Made by a program: the position numbers and the translations under genes. Below the pieces are notes generated by a model. That model saw only the letters and a program-made list of their open reading frames with translations. It did no database searches and was not told where the DNA came from. From a virus (Duplodnaviria > Caudoviricetes), in the IMG/VR virus record IMGVR_UViG_3300015214_000033, positions 4,604-68,603 of that record: DNA of 64,000 nt. One strand, given 5' to 3'. The stretch's first letter is position 1. Each line of letters begins with the position of its first letter. Positions 49,405 to 58,979 of the stretch are shown in pieces.

Positions 49405-49792
49405 TCAAAATCTAGGAACATTTCCAAATCTTTCCGATAAAGTTTTTAAACAAATAAAACATCGTTGTGACAATGGTACATCATGGGGAACACTAGATAA
49501 TGATGGAAGTTTAGATGTAGAATTAAACCATGTATGTTGTACTGTTACTGATTTAGAACGATATGGAGATACATTATATGGAACATTAAACATATTGGAT
49601 ACTGATAACGGTAAGCTTGTTAAGGCTTTAATAAATGCTGATGTTTCTATTGGAATTTGTGCCAGAGCATTGAGAGACAAAAATATTAAACGTAGAGATA
49701 TTATCACTAGAATATTTGGATGGGATTTATTCAGTAAACAGTGTAATTGTAGTGTAATAATTGACACAAATCATTTAGATATAATAATATGA
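49391..49792 (+). CDS. gp21/S80 prohead-protease-like protein lacking catalytic residues
   Basis: VTDL...LYGTLNILDTDNGKLVKALI...IGICARA mirrors IxxL...GKAKILxTPxGxIVKxL...LGVSSRG. Confidence 0.6.
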   Translation: MKLYNQNLGTFPNLSDKVFKQIKHRCDNGTSWGTLDNDGSLDVELNHVCCTVTDLERYGDTLYGTLNILDTDNGKLVKALINADVSIGICARALRDKNIKRRDIITRIFGWDLFSKQCNCSVIIDTNHLDIII

Positions 49793-49971
49793 ATAATACA
49801 TTTGGTCCAAGAATAAGTATTTCTTCACGTTATAGTTATAGAGGTCACGTTGATGCTAAAACGGGAGATGTGTTTATTGATGAAGATACACAAGAACTAT
49901 CGTTTTTACCAATGATGGCTGATCCAATTAACATTGACGATTTTAATCCAGAAATTGATATAATAATATGA
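49789..49971 (+). CDS. Small hypothetical protein
   Basis: 60 aa ORF overlapping both neighbours. Confidence 0.4.
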   Translation: MNNTFGPRISISSRYSYRGHVDAKTGDVFIDEDTQELSFLPMMADPINIDDFNPEIDIII

Positions 49972-50666
49972 AAAAAATTGCTGTAATTACTGGAGCGGGA
50001 GTATCTCGCGAAAGTGGAATAGAAACATTCCGTGATAAAGGAGGATTATGGGAACAATACGATCCTGCAATATATGCTTCTGCTAGAGGATGGAATATAA
50101 ATCGCGATAATATGAACGAGTTTTATAATCTACGTCGTGCAGAACTTGAAAAAACACAACCAAACTCGGCTCATTTTGATTTAGCAGATCTTGAAAAAAA
50201 TTATGATGTTACTATCATAACACAAAATATAGATAACTTACATGAAAGAGCTGGTAGCTCTAATATTATTCATCTTCATGGTGAACTTACCAAATTAAGA
50301 AATGATCAGGACCCTGTATATGAATTGACTGGAGATTCTAGTCATTGGATTGATATTAAATATGGAGCTCTTGATTTAGAAAAAAATCCAGATCTTAGAC
50401 CTGCAGTTGTATTTTTTGGTGAAGGTGTACCAATGATTAATAAAGCTGGATCAATTGTTGAAGAAGCAGATATTGTTGTAGTTATAGGAACTTCATTACA
50501 AGTTTATCCCGCTGCTGGACTATTAGACAGAGTGTATGACAAACCAATTTATGTGATAGATCCTGAGAGGCCGTCTAAGGACATCATGTTCGATAAGTAT
50601 ATAACTCATATAAAAAATACTGCGACTGCCGGTATGAAGGAATTATTAACTATTCTAAATAAATAA
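49968..50666 (+). CDS. cobB: Sir2/CobB NAD-dependent deacylase
   Basis: TGAGVSRESGIETFR, ITQNIDNLHERAG, HG, RPAVVFFGE and GTSLQVYPAA. Confidence 0.92.
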   Translation: MKKIAVITGAGVSRESGIETFRDKGGLWEQYDPAIYASARGWNINRDNMNEFYNLRRAELEKTQPNSAHFDLADLEKNYDVTIITQNIDNLHERAGSSNIIHLHGELTKLRNDQDPVYELTGDSSHWIDIKYGALDLEKNPDLRPAVVFFGEGVPMINKAGSIVEEADIVVVIGTSLQVYPAAGLLDRVYDKPIYVIDPERPSKDIMFDKYITHIKNTATAGMKELLTILNK

Positions 50667-50668
50667 AT

Positions 50669-50926
50669 ATGTTATCAGAACAAGAATTATATCATTTAGG
50701 GTTTGAACGAAATGATGTGTCTGCAGAAGAATCTGGAGACAAACCTTATTACTATTTCACATTACCTCTGATAGATAATGAATGTTTAATTTCATGTGAA
50801 AATAATGATACTAAAGAATATGATGTAGAATTATTTAACACACACGGGTTGGGTAAATGTTATACTCCAGAAGAAGTTAAAATTTTATATAAAGCATTGA
50901 TGAAAAAAAATCTCATCGAAATATAA
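50669..50926 (+). CDS. Hypothetical protein
   Basis: 85 aa ORF. Confidence 0.5.
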   Translation: MLSEQELYHLGFERNDVSAEESGDKPYYYFTLPLIDNECLISCENNDTKEYDVELFNTHGLGKCYTPEEVKILYKALMKKNLIEI

Positions 50927-50935
50927 AAAAAACAA

Positions 50936-50961
50936 TGAACTATTACTCGCGTTATCTATAA
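50936..50961 (+). promoter_or_regulatory. TGAAC-N16-TATAA putative promoter
   Basis: Exact motif, 5 nt before the ATG at 50967. Confidence 0.55.
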
Positions 50962-50966
50962 AATTC

Positions 50967-51668
50967 ATGAATAATTACTTTGACAAAATATATCTTTTGA
51001 ATTTACACAAAAGGCCTGAGAGATTAAAGATGTCTAAAAAACGTCTTGATTTTTTAGATGTTGAAGTAGATGTATTCAACGGTACAGATGGAAGTGTATT
51101 AAAACCTATTTGGGAAGCTTTCTATAAAACAAATGAATATTTTAAAAACCCATCGTATCTCGGATGTGCAATATCACATCTATCAATTTATAGAGATGCT
51201 CTAGATAATGGACATGAGAAAATTTTAATTATTGAAGATGACTGTCGAATAAATCGAAATTTAGATTCAATTTTTAAAATTTTTTCTACCTCCAACATTG
51301 AGTGGAATGAACTTTTATATTTAGGTTATATTCCTCTTTCCGATGATTGTACAATGTGGAATTATTCTCTAGTTAACAATTACATATCACAAAATATTTT
51401 TATAGCAAAAAATTTATGGGGACTGTATGCATATGGTATTCATGCTAATTTAATGTCTGAAATATTGGATGAGTATAACAATTTCTTTCCTATGGAATTA
51501 GACAGATATTTTGTGACAAAAATTCAACCTCGTAATAAATCTTTTGGAATTTCTCCACAAATTTTTTGTGCAGAAGATGGTCTCTCAGATAATTCAGGGG
51601 TATACGAAACATCAATGATGGACAGATCAATTGATGCAAGATTTGCAAAACAAACAGATTATATTTGA
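50967..51668 (+). CDS. GT25-family glycosyltransferase
   Basis: IYLLNL.KRPER, GCAISH, LIIEDD and LYLG. Confidence 0.85.
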   Translation: MNNYFDKIYLLNLHKRPERLKMSKKRLDFLDVEVDVFNGTDGSVLKPIWEAFYKTNEYFKNPSYLGCAISHLSIYRDALDNGHEKILIIEDDCRINRNLDSIFKIFSTSNIEWNELLYLGYIPLSDDCTMWNYSLVNNYISQNIFIAKNLWGLYAYGIHANLMSEILDEYNNFFPMELDRYFVTKIQPRNKSFGISPQIFCAEDGLSDNSGVYETSMMDRSIDARFAKQTDYI

Positions 51669-51676
51669 TATATACA

Positions 51677-52243
51677 ATGGAAATTAAAACAAATAAGCCT
51701 CGCCGATTTATATTAGTTGGTGCAGCAGCAAGTGGTAAAGATTATATGCGCAAACGATTTCAAGACATGAACTTCACATATGCTATTTCGTTTACTACAC
51801 GACCTCCAAGAGATGGGGAACAAAATGGTGTCGATTACTTCTTTTTAACCGAAACCGAATTCCAAAAAATGATAGATGATGATGAATTTTATGAACATGT
51901 TTCATTCAACGGATGGCATTATGGCACATCAAAGAAACAATTTGAATCAAATGATGTTTTTATCATGACACCATACGGCATCTCTAAATTAAAACCTGAA
52001 GATAGAGCAGAATCTTTTATCATGTATTTTGATATTCCGTTAGAAGTTCGAAAGGATAGATTATCTAAACGAAGTGATGCAGATAGCGTAGACCGCCGCA
52101 TTCTGGCAGACGAAAAAGATTTCAAAGATTTTGTCGACTATGACATAAAGATAACTAATTATAAGTTTGATGATGTATATTTAGATAAATTATTATTATA
52201 TACACATGGAAATTTACAAAATAACCAATATATTGAATGGTAA
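51677..52243 (+). CDS. gmk: Guanylate kinase
   Basis: GAAASGKD, TTRPPRDGEQNGVDYFF and YGT. Confidence 0.9.
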   Translation: MEIKTNKPRRFILVGAAASGKDYMRKRFQDMNFTYAISFTTRPPRDGEQNGVDYFFLTETEFQKMIDDDEFYEHVSFNGWHYGTSKKQFESNDVFIMTPYGISKLKPEDRAESFIMYFDIPLEVRKDRLSKRSDADSVDRRILADEKDFKDFVDYDIKITNYKFDDVYLDKLLLYTHGNLQNNQYIEW

Positions 52244-52341
52244 AATTTATATTGGCAAAGATTTCCCAAAAAGTAGTTCAAAAACGTCCAAACGCTATCG
52301 GATATATTTGGAAGAAACATTAAAAAAAATAATTTTAACAT

Positions 52342-55300
52342 ATGAGTTTAACAGAGTTTAATGATGACTTCAGTAAAGAAGTTTACGAACAAACCTACCG
52401 CTTCGGAGATGAAGACATCGATGGAACACATTACAGAGTTGCAGCAGAATTAGCAAAAGCTGAAAAAGATCCAAAACATTGGACTGAAAAATTTGCTTAT
52501 GCTTTGAGAAACTTTTCATTTGTACCTGGAGGTAGAATAACATCTAATGCAGGTACTGGTTTAAAAGGAACAACTTACATCAATTGTTTTGTTGATGGAT
52601 TTGTTGGTCAAGATCAAGATTCAATGGATAGTATAATGACTGCATTGAGACGCCAAGCTATGATATTGAAATCAGAAGGAGGATATGGATTTTGTGCAGA
52701 TGTTTTACGTCCTCGCGGTGGATTTATAAATGGTATTGGAAATGAATCTCCTGGTTCAATTAAAATGCTAGATATGTGGGACACACAATCAGAAGTTATT
52801 ACCGCAGGTAGTGGAAAAAAATCTACTCACAAACAAGCTAAACAAAAAATTCGTAAGGGTGCTCAAATGGTTACTATGTCATGTTGGCATCCAGATGTTG
52901 AAGAATTTATTACTGCTAAACAAACACCAGGAAGACTTACTAAATTTAATATGTCAGTATTGATTACTGATGATTTCATGAAAGCAGTTGAAAATGATTC
53001 TGATTGGGATTTAATATTTCCAGATTATGATGCTGCTAAAGAAGAATATGTTACTGTATGGGATAATGGTAATATTAATGAATGGGTTAATAAAGGTTTG
53101 CCAGTAAAAGTGTATAAGACAATAAAAGCTAAGGCTTTGTGGGATCTTATCATGAATTCTACATACACTAGAAATGAGCCTGGAGTTTTATTTATTGATA
53201 CTATCAATAAATTAAACAATTTGAAATATTGTGAAAACATAAACAGCACAAATCCATGTGTTATTGGAAGTACAATAGTTGCAGTTGCAGATGGCAGAAA
53301 TGGTGTGGATATTAAAACCTTAGCTGAAGAAGGTAAAGATGTGCCAGTATATGCGAAAGATGAAAATGGTATGACTGTTATCAAAATGATGAGAAATCCA
53401 AGAATAACAGGATATGAACAGGATGTGTATGAGGTATTATTAGATGATGGCACAAAACTTCCACGATGCACAGGAAATCACAAATGGAAAATGAAAGATG
53501 GTTCATATAAACAAACTATAGACCTAAATAAAGGTGATAGTATTAATATCACATCTAAATGGGGTTCTACGTGGTCAGAAATTATGGGTGAAAAAAGTAA
53601 TTCAAAATCACAACAATATTGGATGACTAATAACGGTAAATCTAATATATTTGAACATAAACTTATATATGAACAATTAACTGGTACTAAAATACCAAGT
53701 GGTTATGTCATCCATCATAAAGATTTTAATGGGTCTAATAATTCTATAGATAATCTTCAATTGATGTCAAAACAAGAACATGATGCATTACACGATATAT
53801 CAGGAGATAATAATCCAGTGAGAAGGTTTCCAGAATGTAATTGGATGAATAATCCAGAAATACAAAAAAGAGTACGTGATCAACACAGAGTTGGTAAACC
53901 ATTATCTGATATTACTAAGCGTAGAATAAGTAAAAAAATTAATGATTTACATAAAGATGAAAAATTTATAAAAAAAATGATTGATGGCATACATTCTGCT
54001 AGAATAGAAAAAGGCACAGAATGGAATAAAAAAATGATAGATACCAGACTAAAAAATAGGGAAATAAAATTAAAAAATCTGGTTGACGAGTTCCAATTAT
54101 TAACAGATTTAGAATGTTTTTATGATGGTCACGATATACGTGTTCATAAATCATGTGAAGAATGTGGTGCTGAATTTACTCCACTCTTTAATAGGAGAGA
54201 GCAGGCATATTGTTCACATGCATGCAGTATTAAAAATACTACAAGAAAAGCTGCGATTTCTAATAATAAAAGAGCTATTGAAAAAAAGTCTATTCTAATA
54301 GAGATTGGATATGATATATTTTGTAAATATACTGTAGAAAATAAACAAATTCCACCTAGGCGTTCTTTTGAAATGTTATTGAATGAGCATGAAATCAATG
54401 ATATACGAACACTTGGATTCTTTTCTTATAATGATATGGTTAAATATTATTGTGATAGATATAATGTAAAGTTTGAATCACCTAAAAAATGGTCAAATAA
54501 ACATCATAAAAGTATCGCAGAAGATCTTATTGAAAATGGAATGTTATGGAATCATAAGATAGTTTCAGTAAATTTAGTAGGTAAAGAAACAGTATATAAT
54601 GGCACTGTTGATGATGTTCATAACTTCGATATAATTTTTTCAGAAGAAAAGACTGCATCAGGAAGACCTAAATTTATGATGGCTAATAATTTGCAATGTG
54701 GAGAACAAATACTTCCAGTTGGTGGAGTTTGTTTATTAGGTTCATTAAATCTTACACAATTTGTGAAAGAGGATTTATCAGGATGGGATTATGATAGATT
54801 AGCTGAAATTATTCCAATTGCCGTTCGTATGATGGATAACGTAAATGATATAACATATGTTCCGTTACAAGAACAACATGATTCATTAATAAATAAACGA
54901 AGAATTGGACTTGGAGTTTTAGGTTATGCTTCTGCATTAATGATGATGAAAGTAAGATATGGTTCAAAACAGGCTATCAAACTTACTGATGATTTAATGA
55001 GTTTTATTTCTAATACTGCATATTCTACATCATCTGATTTGGCTGCAGAAAAAGGTTCATTCTTAAAATTTGATAAAGACGAGTATTTAAAAAGCGAATT
55101 TATTAAAGTATTAAAACCTGAGACAATAGAAAAAATCAAAAAACAGGGTCTTCGCAACTCTCATTTGTTATCTATACAACCAACAGGTAATTCATCAGTA
55201 TTTGCAAATAACGTATCTGGAGGTCTAGAACCATTATTTATGACAGAATATGTTAGAACTGCAATATTTCCATATCCACCTGAAGGGTTAGTATTACCAA

Positions 55301-56298
55301 AATCAATTGACTTTGGAAATAAAACATTTGTGAATGAAGGTACACAAGATTGGATGTGGGTTAAAGAAGGCGATGAAAACTTGTTAGTAACATCATTTGG
55401 AGATTATGTTTGGAAGGTAGATAAAAGTAGAGGTTTACTTAGAGAAACTGTTGTTAAAGATTATGCAGTAAAAGTTCTTGAACAAACTGGAGAATGGGAC
55501 CCTGATGCTGATTGGGCTGCAACATCTATGGAAATTTCTATTGAAGATCACGTCAATACAATGAAATCATTTTCAGTATTTATTGATAGCGCAATGTCTA
55601 AAACGGTAAATCTACCAGAAGATTACAAATATGAAGATTTTAAAAATCTTTATAAAGAAGTGTATGAAACTGGTACAATAAAAGGTGTAACAACATATAG
55701 AGCTGGAACAATGACTTCAGTACTTGCATCTAAAGATGCAAACATGAATAAAGATGTTGATTTAATACCTAAAACAAAAGCTCCAAAACGACCAAAAGAA
55801 TTACGTTGTGATATTCACAACGTAATGGTCGAAGGAAAATATTGGATCGTAATTATCGGTTTAATTGGAAATGATCCATATGAAGTATTTGCATTTCCTC
55901 GTACAGGTGTTCAAATACACAACAAATTCAAATCAGGTAAACTGATAAAAGTTAAAAGTGGAGTATACAATTTAGTGATAGGAGATGATGAAATTATTTT
56001 GGAAAATGTAGCATCATTGTTTGGAACAAATGAACAAGAAGCGCTTTCAAGAATGGTTTCAACGGCTCTTAGACATGGTGCTGACATCGGTTTTATTGTT
56101 GAACAATTACAAAAATCACAGGGAACTATTGTTCAATTTGCAAAATGTCTTGGACGAACACTAAATAAATATATCTCCGCAAACTCAGCAGTAGGTAAAA
56201 GAACACTTGATTGTGATGTTTGTGGTGGAAAACAAACACTTGTGATGAGAGAAGGTTGTTTCGTATGTAAAAATTGTGGAAATAGCAAGTGTGGTTAA
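52342..56298 (+). CDS. nrdJ: Class II (B12-dependent) ribonucleotide reductase with a cis intein
   Basis: PGGRI, NCFV, TNP|C...|CGEQ, CLLGSLNL and SIQPTG; C-terminal TSCPD-like and zinc-ribbon domains. Confidence 0.88.
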   Translation: MSLTEFNDDFSKEVYEQTYRFGDEDIDGTHYRVAAELAKAEKDPKHWTEKFAYALRNFSFVPGGRITSNAGTGLKGTTYINCFVDGFVGQDQDSMDSIMTALRRQAMILKSEGGYGFCADVLRPRGGFINGIGNESPGSIKMLDMWDTQSEVITAGSGKKSTHKQAKQKIRKGAQMVTMSCWHPDVEEFITAKQTPGRLTKFNMSVLITDDFMKAVENDSDWDLIFPDYDAAKEEYVTVWDNGNINEWVNKGLPVKVYKTIKAKALWDLIMNSTYTRNEPGVLFIDTINKLNNLKYCENINSTNPCVIGSTIVAVADGRNGVDIKTLAEEGKDVPVYAKDENGMTVIKMMRNPRITGYEQDVYEVLLDDGTKLPRCTGNHKWKMKDGSYKQTIDLNKGDSINITSKWGSTWSEIMGEKSNSKSQQYWMTNNGKSNIFEHKLIYEQLTGTKIPSGYVIHHKDFNGSNNSIDNLQLMSKQEHDALHDISGDNNPVRRFPECNWMNNPEIQKRVRDQHRVGKPLSDITKRRISKKINDLHKDEKFIKKMIDGIHSARIEKGTEWNKKMIDTRLKNREIKLKNLVDEFQLLTDLECFYDGHDIRVHKSCEECGAEFTPLFNRREQAYCSHACSIKNTTRKAAISNNKRAIEKKSILIEIGYDIFCKYTVENKQIPPRRSFEMLLNEHEINDIRTLGFFSYNDMVKYYCDRYNVKFESPKKWSNKHHKSIAEDLIENGMLWNHKIVSVNLVGKETVYNGTVDDVHNFDIIFSEEKTASGRPKFMMANNLQCGEQILPVGGVCLLGSLNLTQFVKEDLSGWDYDRLAEIIPIAVRMMDNVNDITYVPLQEQHDSLINKRRIGLGVLGYASALMMMKVRYGSKQAIKLTDDLMSFISNTAYSTSSDLAAEKGSFLKFDKDEYLKSEFIKVLKPETIEKIKKQGLRNSHLLSIQPTGNSSVFANNVSGGLEPLFMTEYVRTAIFPYPPEGLVLPKSIDFGNKTFVNEGTQDWMWVKEGDENLLVTSFGDYVWKVDKSRGLLRETVVKDYAVKVLEQTGEWDPDADWAATSMEISIEDHVNTMKSFSVFIDSAMSKTVNLPEDYKYEDFKNLYKEVYETGTIKGVTTYRAGTMTSVLASKDANMNKDVDLIPKTKAPKRPKELRCDIHNVMVEGKYWIVIIGLIGNDPYEVFAFPRTGVQIHNKFKSGKLIKVKSGVYNLVIGDDEIILENVASLFGTNEQEALSRMVSTALRHGADIGFIVEQLQKSQGTIVQFAKCLGRTLNKYISANSAVGKRTLDCDVCGGKQTLVMREGCFVCKNCGNSKCG
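53257..54696 (+). mobile_element. 480 aa intein with an HNH endonuclease and a C-terminal Gln
   Basis: NP|CVIGST, CTGNHKW, IHHKDFNGSNNSIDNLQLM, VYNGTVDDVHNF and ANNLQ|CGEQ. Confidence 0.88.
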
Positions 56299-56325
56299 AA
56301 TCCACACAATTGCTTTTTTCTCATA

Positions 56326-56334
56326 GATATATAA
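56326..56334 (+). promoter_or_regulatory. GATATATAA putative late promoter
   Basis: 28 nt upstream of the ATG at 56363. Confidence 0.6.
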
Positions 56335-56362
56335 GAAAAACCTAAAATAATAAAAATTTCAT

Positions 56363-58198
56363 ATGGAACAACGTAAAATAATGTCATATGCCGACTTTAA
56401 AAATGCTATCAATGAATCGAAGATAGATGAAGGTAAAGTTGGTGAGACAATTAAAAAAGCTTTAAAAAAGATTAAAGAATTTTTTATTGGTACAGGATCT
56501 CAATTTTTAAATTGTTTATTGCTGCAAGATAAAAATGATTTACCATCTGGAATAACATATATTCCATCAGCTTCAGATATTGAAGCATTGGCTGAACATG
56601 GCGATAAAATTGACACAGCTATTACATTAAAAGAAGGATTTGTATCAAAGTATAAAAATGGTATTTTAGAGTCGGAAAATGAAGAAGATCTTTTGACACG
56701 TAACTTTGAAAACATGTTTATGGCAACTTTTGAAGATGAGAAACTTGAATTAGATTACACTAATCAAGCTATTGACAAACAAGGTATAGGTACAGTTCCA
56801 AATGTTAGTGGAAAAATTTTACAAGCAAAAATAAACTTGTACATTAACGCAATTCAAAAAGGAAACACAAAAATCGCTCCTATTCATATTTGGGGGGCTC
56901 CTGGTATTGGTAAAACAGAAATTGTTACTTCTATTGCAGCACACAAATGGAAATTCTTTGAAGAAGATGACAGAATGATCGTAATTGATTTACGTTCTAA
57001 AAACGCTGAAGATTTCTTCTTACCATATATTAAAGAAGAAAAAGGAACTAAAGGAGAGTATAAATCAAGTTCATCTGCAAAAACTGATTTACTTCCATTA
57101 TATCATGCTCATGAAGGTGAAGCTGGTAATGATAGAGTAAATGGTGAAGATGGACGCGGTGGTATTTTATTCTTCGATGAAATGGCCAGAGCGGATGAAA
57201 CTGTTAAGAATGCTATCATGACATTATTTGATAACACTCGTTCAGTAGGTAACTGGAAACTTGGATCTAAATGGTCACTTTTAGCTTGTTCTAATAGACA
57301 AGACGATGAAGATGGTAATACATTCAACTGGAACACTGCAATCTCTGCACGTTTCCAACATTATAACTATTCACCTAAATTTGCCGATTGGGAAAAATGG
57401 GCACTGACTGCGAAACATAAAGTTAAAAACGCAGAAGGTGAAGAAGTAGAATCATTAATCGTACACCCACACATTTTACAATTCGTTAAATATTGGGGAG
57501 CAGATGCTGCTACATTCAAACATGGAGGTGGTAAATATTTCTTCGCAGGTTATAAAGGACAAGCAACAAGTGCAAACCCAAGAAACTGGGCTAGAGCATC
57601 TCAGAACTATATCGAACAAATGGAAGAAATTCAAAAATTCGGTAAAGGTAAAGGAGAGTATACTAAAGAAGAATATAATGATTTAATTGAAACTTCAGTT
57701 TCATCACTTGTAGGTGAAGAAGCAGCAAGAGAATTTGTTAATTTCGTTAACATGGTTGAAATGATTCCTCTTGAAGAAGTTGATTTAGTTTATACTAATC
57801 CAGCAAAAGCTCCATCACTTACTGATTTAGAAGGAAAACTTGCAGGAAAAAGTTCAGAAGTTGCATTACGTAAAGTAGCATTCATGATGTTGGTATCTGC
57901 ACATAAAGCAGGAAACGTTTTAACTGAAGATGAATGTACTAATGTAATTGACTGGTTGGTTGCTCAAAAAGATAATCAACAAGTAATGCCATTCTGGACT
58001 AACTTTAGTGAAAATGTTCACCCTTATTTAGATGAAGATTATCAAGTAGAACTTGGTACTTCAGAAGAAGTTAAAAAGGTTGAAGCAAAAGATCCACATG
58101 TACGTGAAAAAATAAAAATGAATGATTATTTCTGGGCTAACACACCAAAATCACCAGGTAATAAATTAGCTGATGGATACCCAGATATTTTTCAATAA
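56363..58198 (+). CDS. MoxR-like AAA+ ATPase with an N-terminal extension
   Basis: IWGAPGIGKT, ILFFDEM, ACSNR and NPRNW; leader IMSYADFKNAINES. Confidence 0.85.
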   Translation: MEQRKIMSYADFKNAINESKIDEGKVGETIKKALKKIKEFFIGTGSQFLNCLLLQDKNDLPSGITYIPSASDIEALAEHGDKIDTAITLKEGFVSKYKNGILESENEEDLLTRNFENMFMATFEDEKLELDYTNQAIDKQGIGTVPNVSGKILQAKINLYINAIQKGNTKIAPIHIWGAPGIGKTEIVTSIAAHKWKFFEEDDRMIVIDLRSKNAEDFFLPYIKEEKGTKGEYKSSSSAKTDLLPLYHAHEGEAGNDRVNGEDGRGGILFFDEMARADETVKNAIMTLFDNTRSVGNWKLGSKWSLLACSNRQDDEDGNTFNWNTAISARFQHYNYSPKFADWEKWALTAKHKVKNAEGEEVESLIVHPHILQFVKYWGADAATFKHGGGKYFFAGYKGQATSANPRNWARASQNYIEQMEEIQKFGKGKGEYTKEEYNDLIETSVSSLVGEEAAREFVNFVNMVEMIPLEEVDLVYTNPAKAPSLTDLEGKLAGKSSEVALRKVAFMMLVSAHKAGNVLTEDECTNVIDWLVAQKDNQQVMPFWTNFSENVHPYLDEDYQVELGTSEEVKKVEAKDPHVREKIKMNDYFWANTPKSPGNKLADGYPDIFQ

Positions 58199-58225
58199 AA
58201 TTATCTAAAAAAATAATTGATAAAT

Positions 58226-58963
58226 ATGTTTAATTTTGAAGATTTTCATTATCATAAAAAAATAGTAGATAAAATATATGAAAATGCTGCAGCAACAGGA
58301 GATCAAACTAGTGATTCTCCTGAAGTTGCTGCTATTAAAAAAGAAGCTAAAAAAACTATTGACCGTGTAATTGCGAGAATGGTATTAGCAGGCAGTCTTA
58401 AATTTTTCACCACTTGGATCTACAACGCAAGAATTTTATTTGACCCACCAGCATATTTTGGAATAAATACAATGGCAACCGATGGAACAGATATTTATAT
58501 TTCATCATTTTTTGTTGCCAATCTTATTAAAGAATTCGGAGAAGAAGTTGACGTTATCTTAAAATTTATTTTATGTCATGAAGTTTTACACATGGCACTT
58601 ATGCATGGACAACGTTTACGTGGAAGAAATCATGATCAATGGAATGTAGCTGGAGATTATGAAATTAATGATATTTTAATGTCAGATGGTTTTATAACAA
58701 AAGAACAAATAGAAAGAGCAAAAGGTCTTATAAATGATAAGTATCATGCAAAGTCAGCAGAAGAAATTTATAATGATGTTGATGCTAATGGAATGCCAGA
58801 TCCTCCAGGTGGAGGAGAACAACAACCTGTTGAAGTTGAAGTTGGTTCATATATTAAGATTAAAAAGTCTGGAAAATTTGGAAGAATTACAAAAATAAAT
58901 TCCAATGGGACATATGAATATGATCCAGTAACTGAACAAGAAGCTACACAAGCACTTTCATAA
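58226..58963 (+). CDS. DUF2201-N-like metallopeptidase domain protein
   Basis: TMATDG, HEVLH (HExxH) and WNVAGDYEIN. Confidence 0.8.
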   Translation: MFNFEDFHYHKKIVDKIYENAAATGDQTSDSPEVAAIKKEAKKTIDRVIARMVLAGSLKFFTTWIYNARILFDPPAYFGINTMATDGTDIYISSFFVANLIKEFGEEVDVILKFILCHEVLHMALMHGQRLRGRNHDQWNVAGDYEINDILMSDGFITKEQIERAKGLINDKYHAKSAEEIYNDVDANGMPDPPGGGEQQPVEVEVGSYIKIKKSGKFGRITKINSNGTYEYDPVTEQEATQALS

Positions 58964-58979
58964 AAAAAATTAATTAACA

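Noticed and set aside
1300-50666. NAD reconstitution pathway (nucleotidyltransferase, NUDIX, Sir2)
   Set aside because: The genes are dispersed, no Nampt/Namat/Adps-type partner is seen, and the HxGH domain is degenerate.
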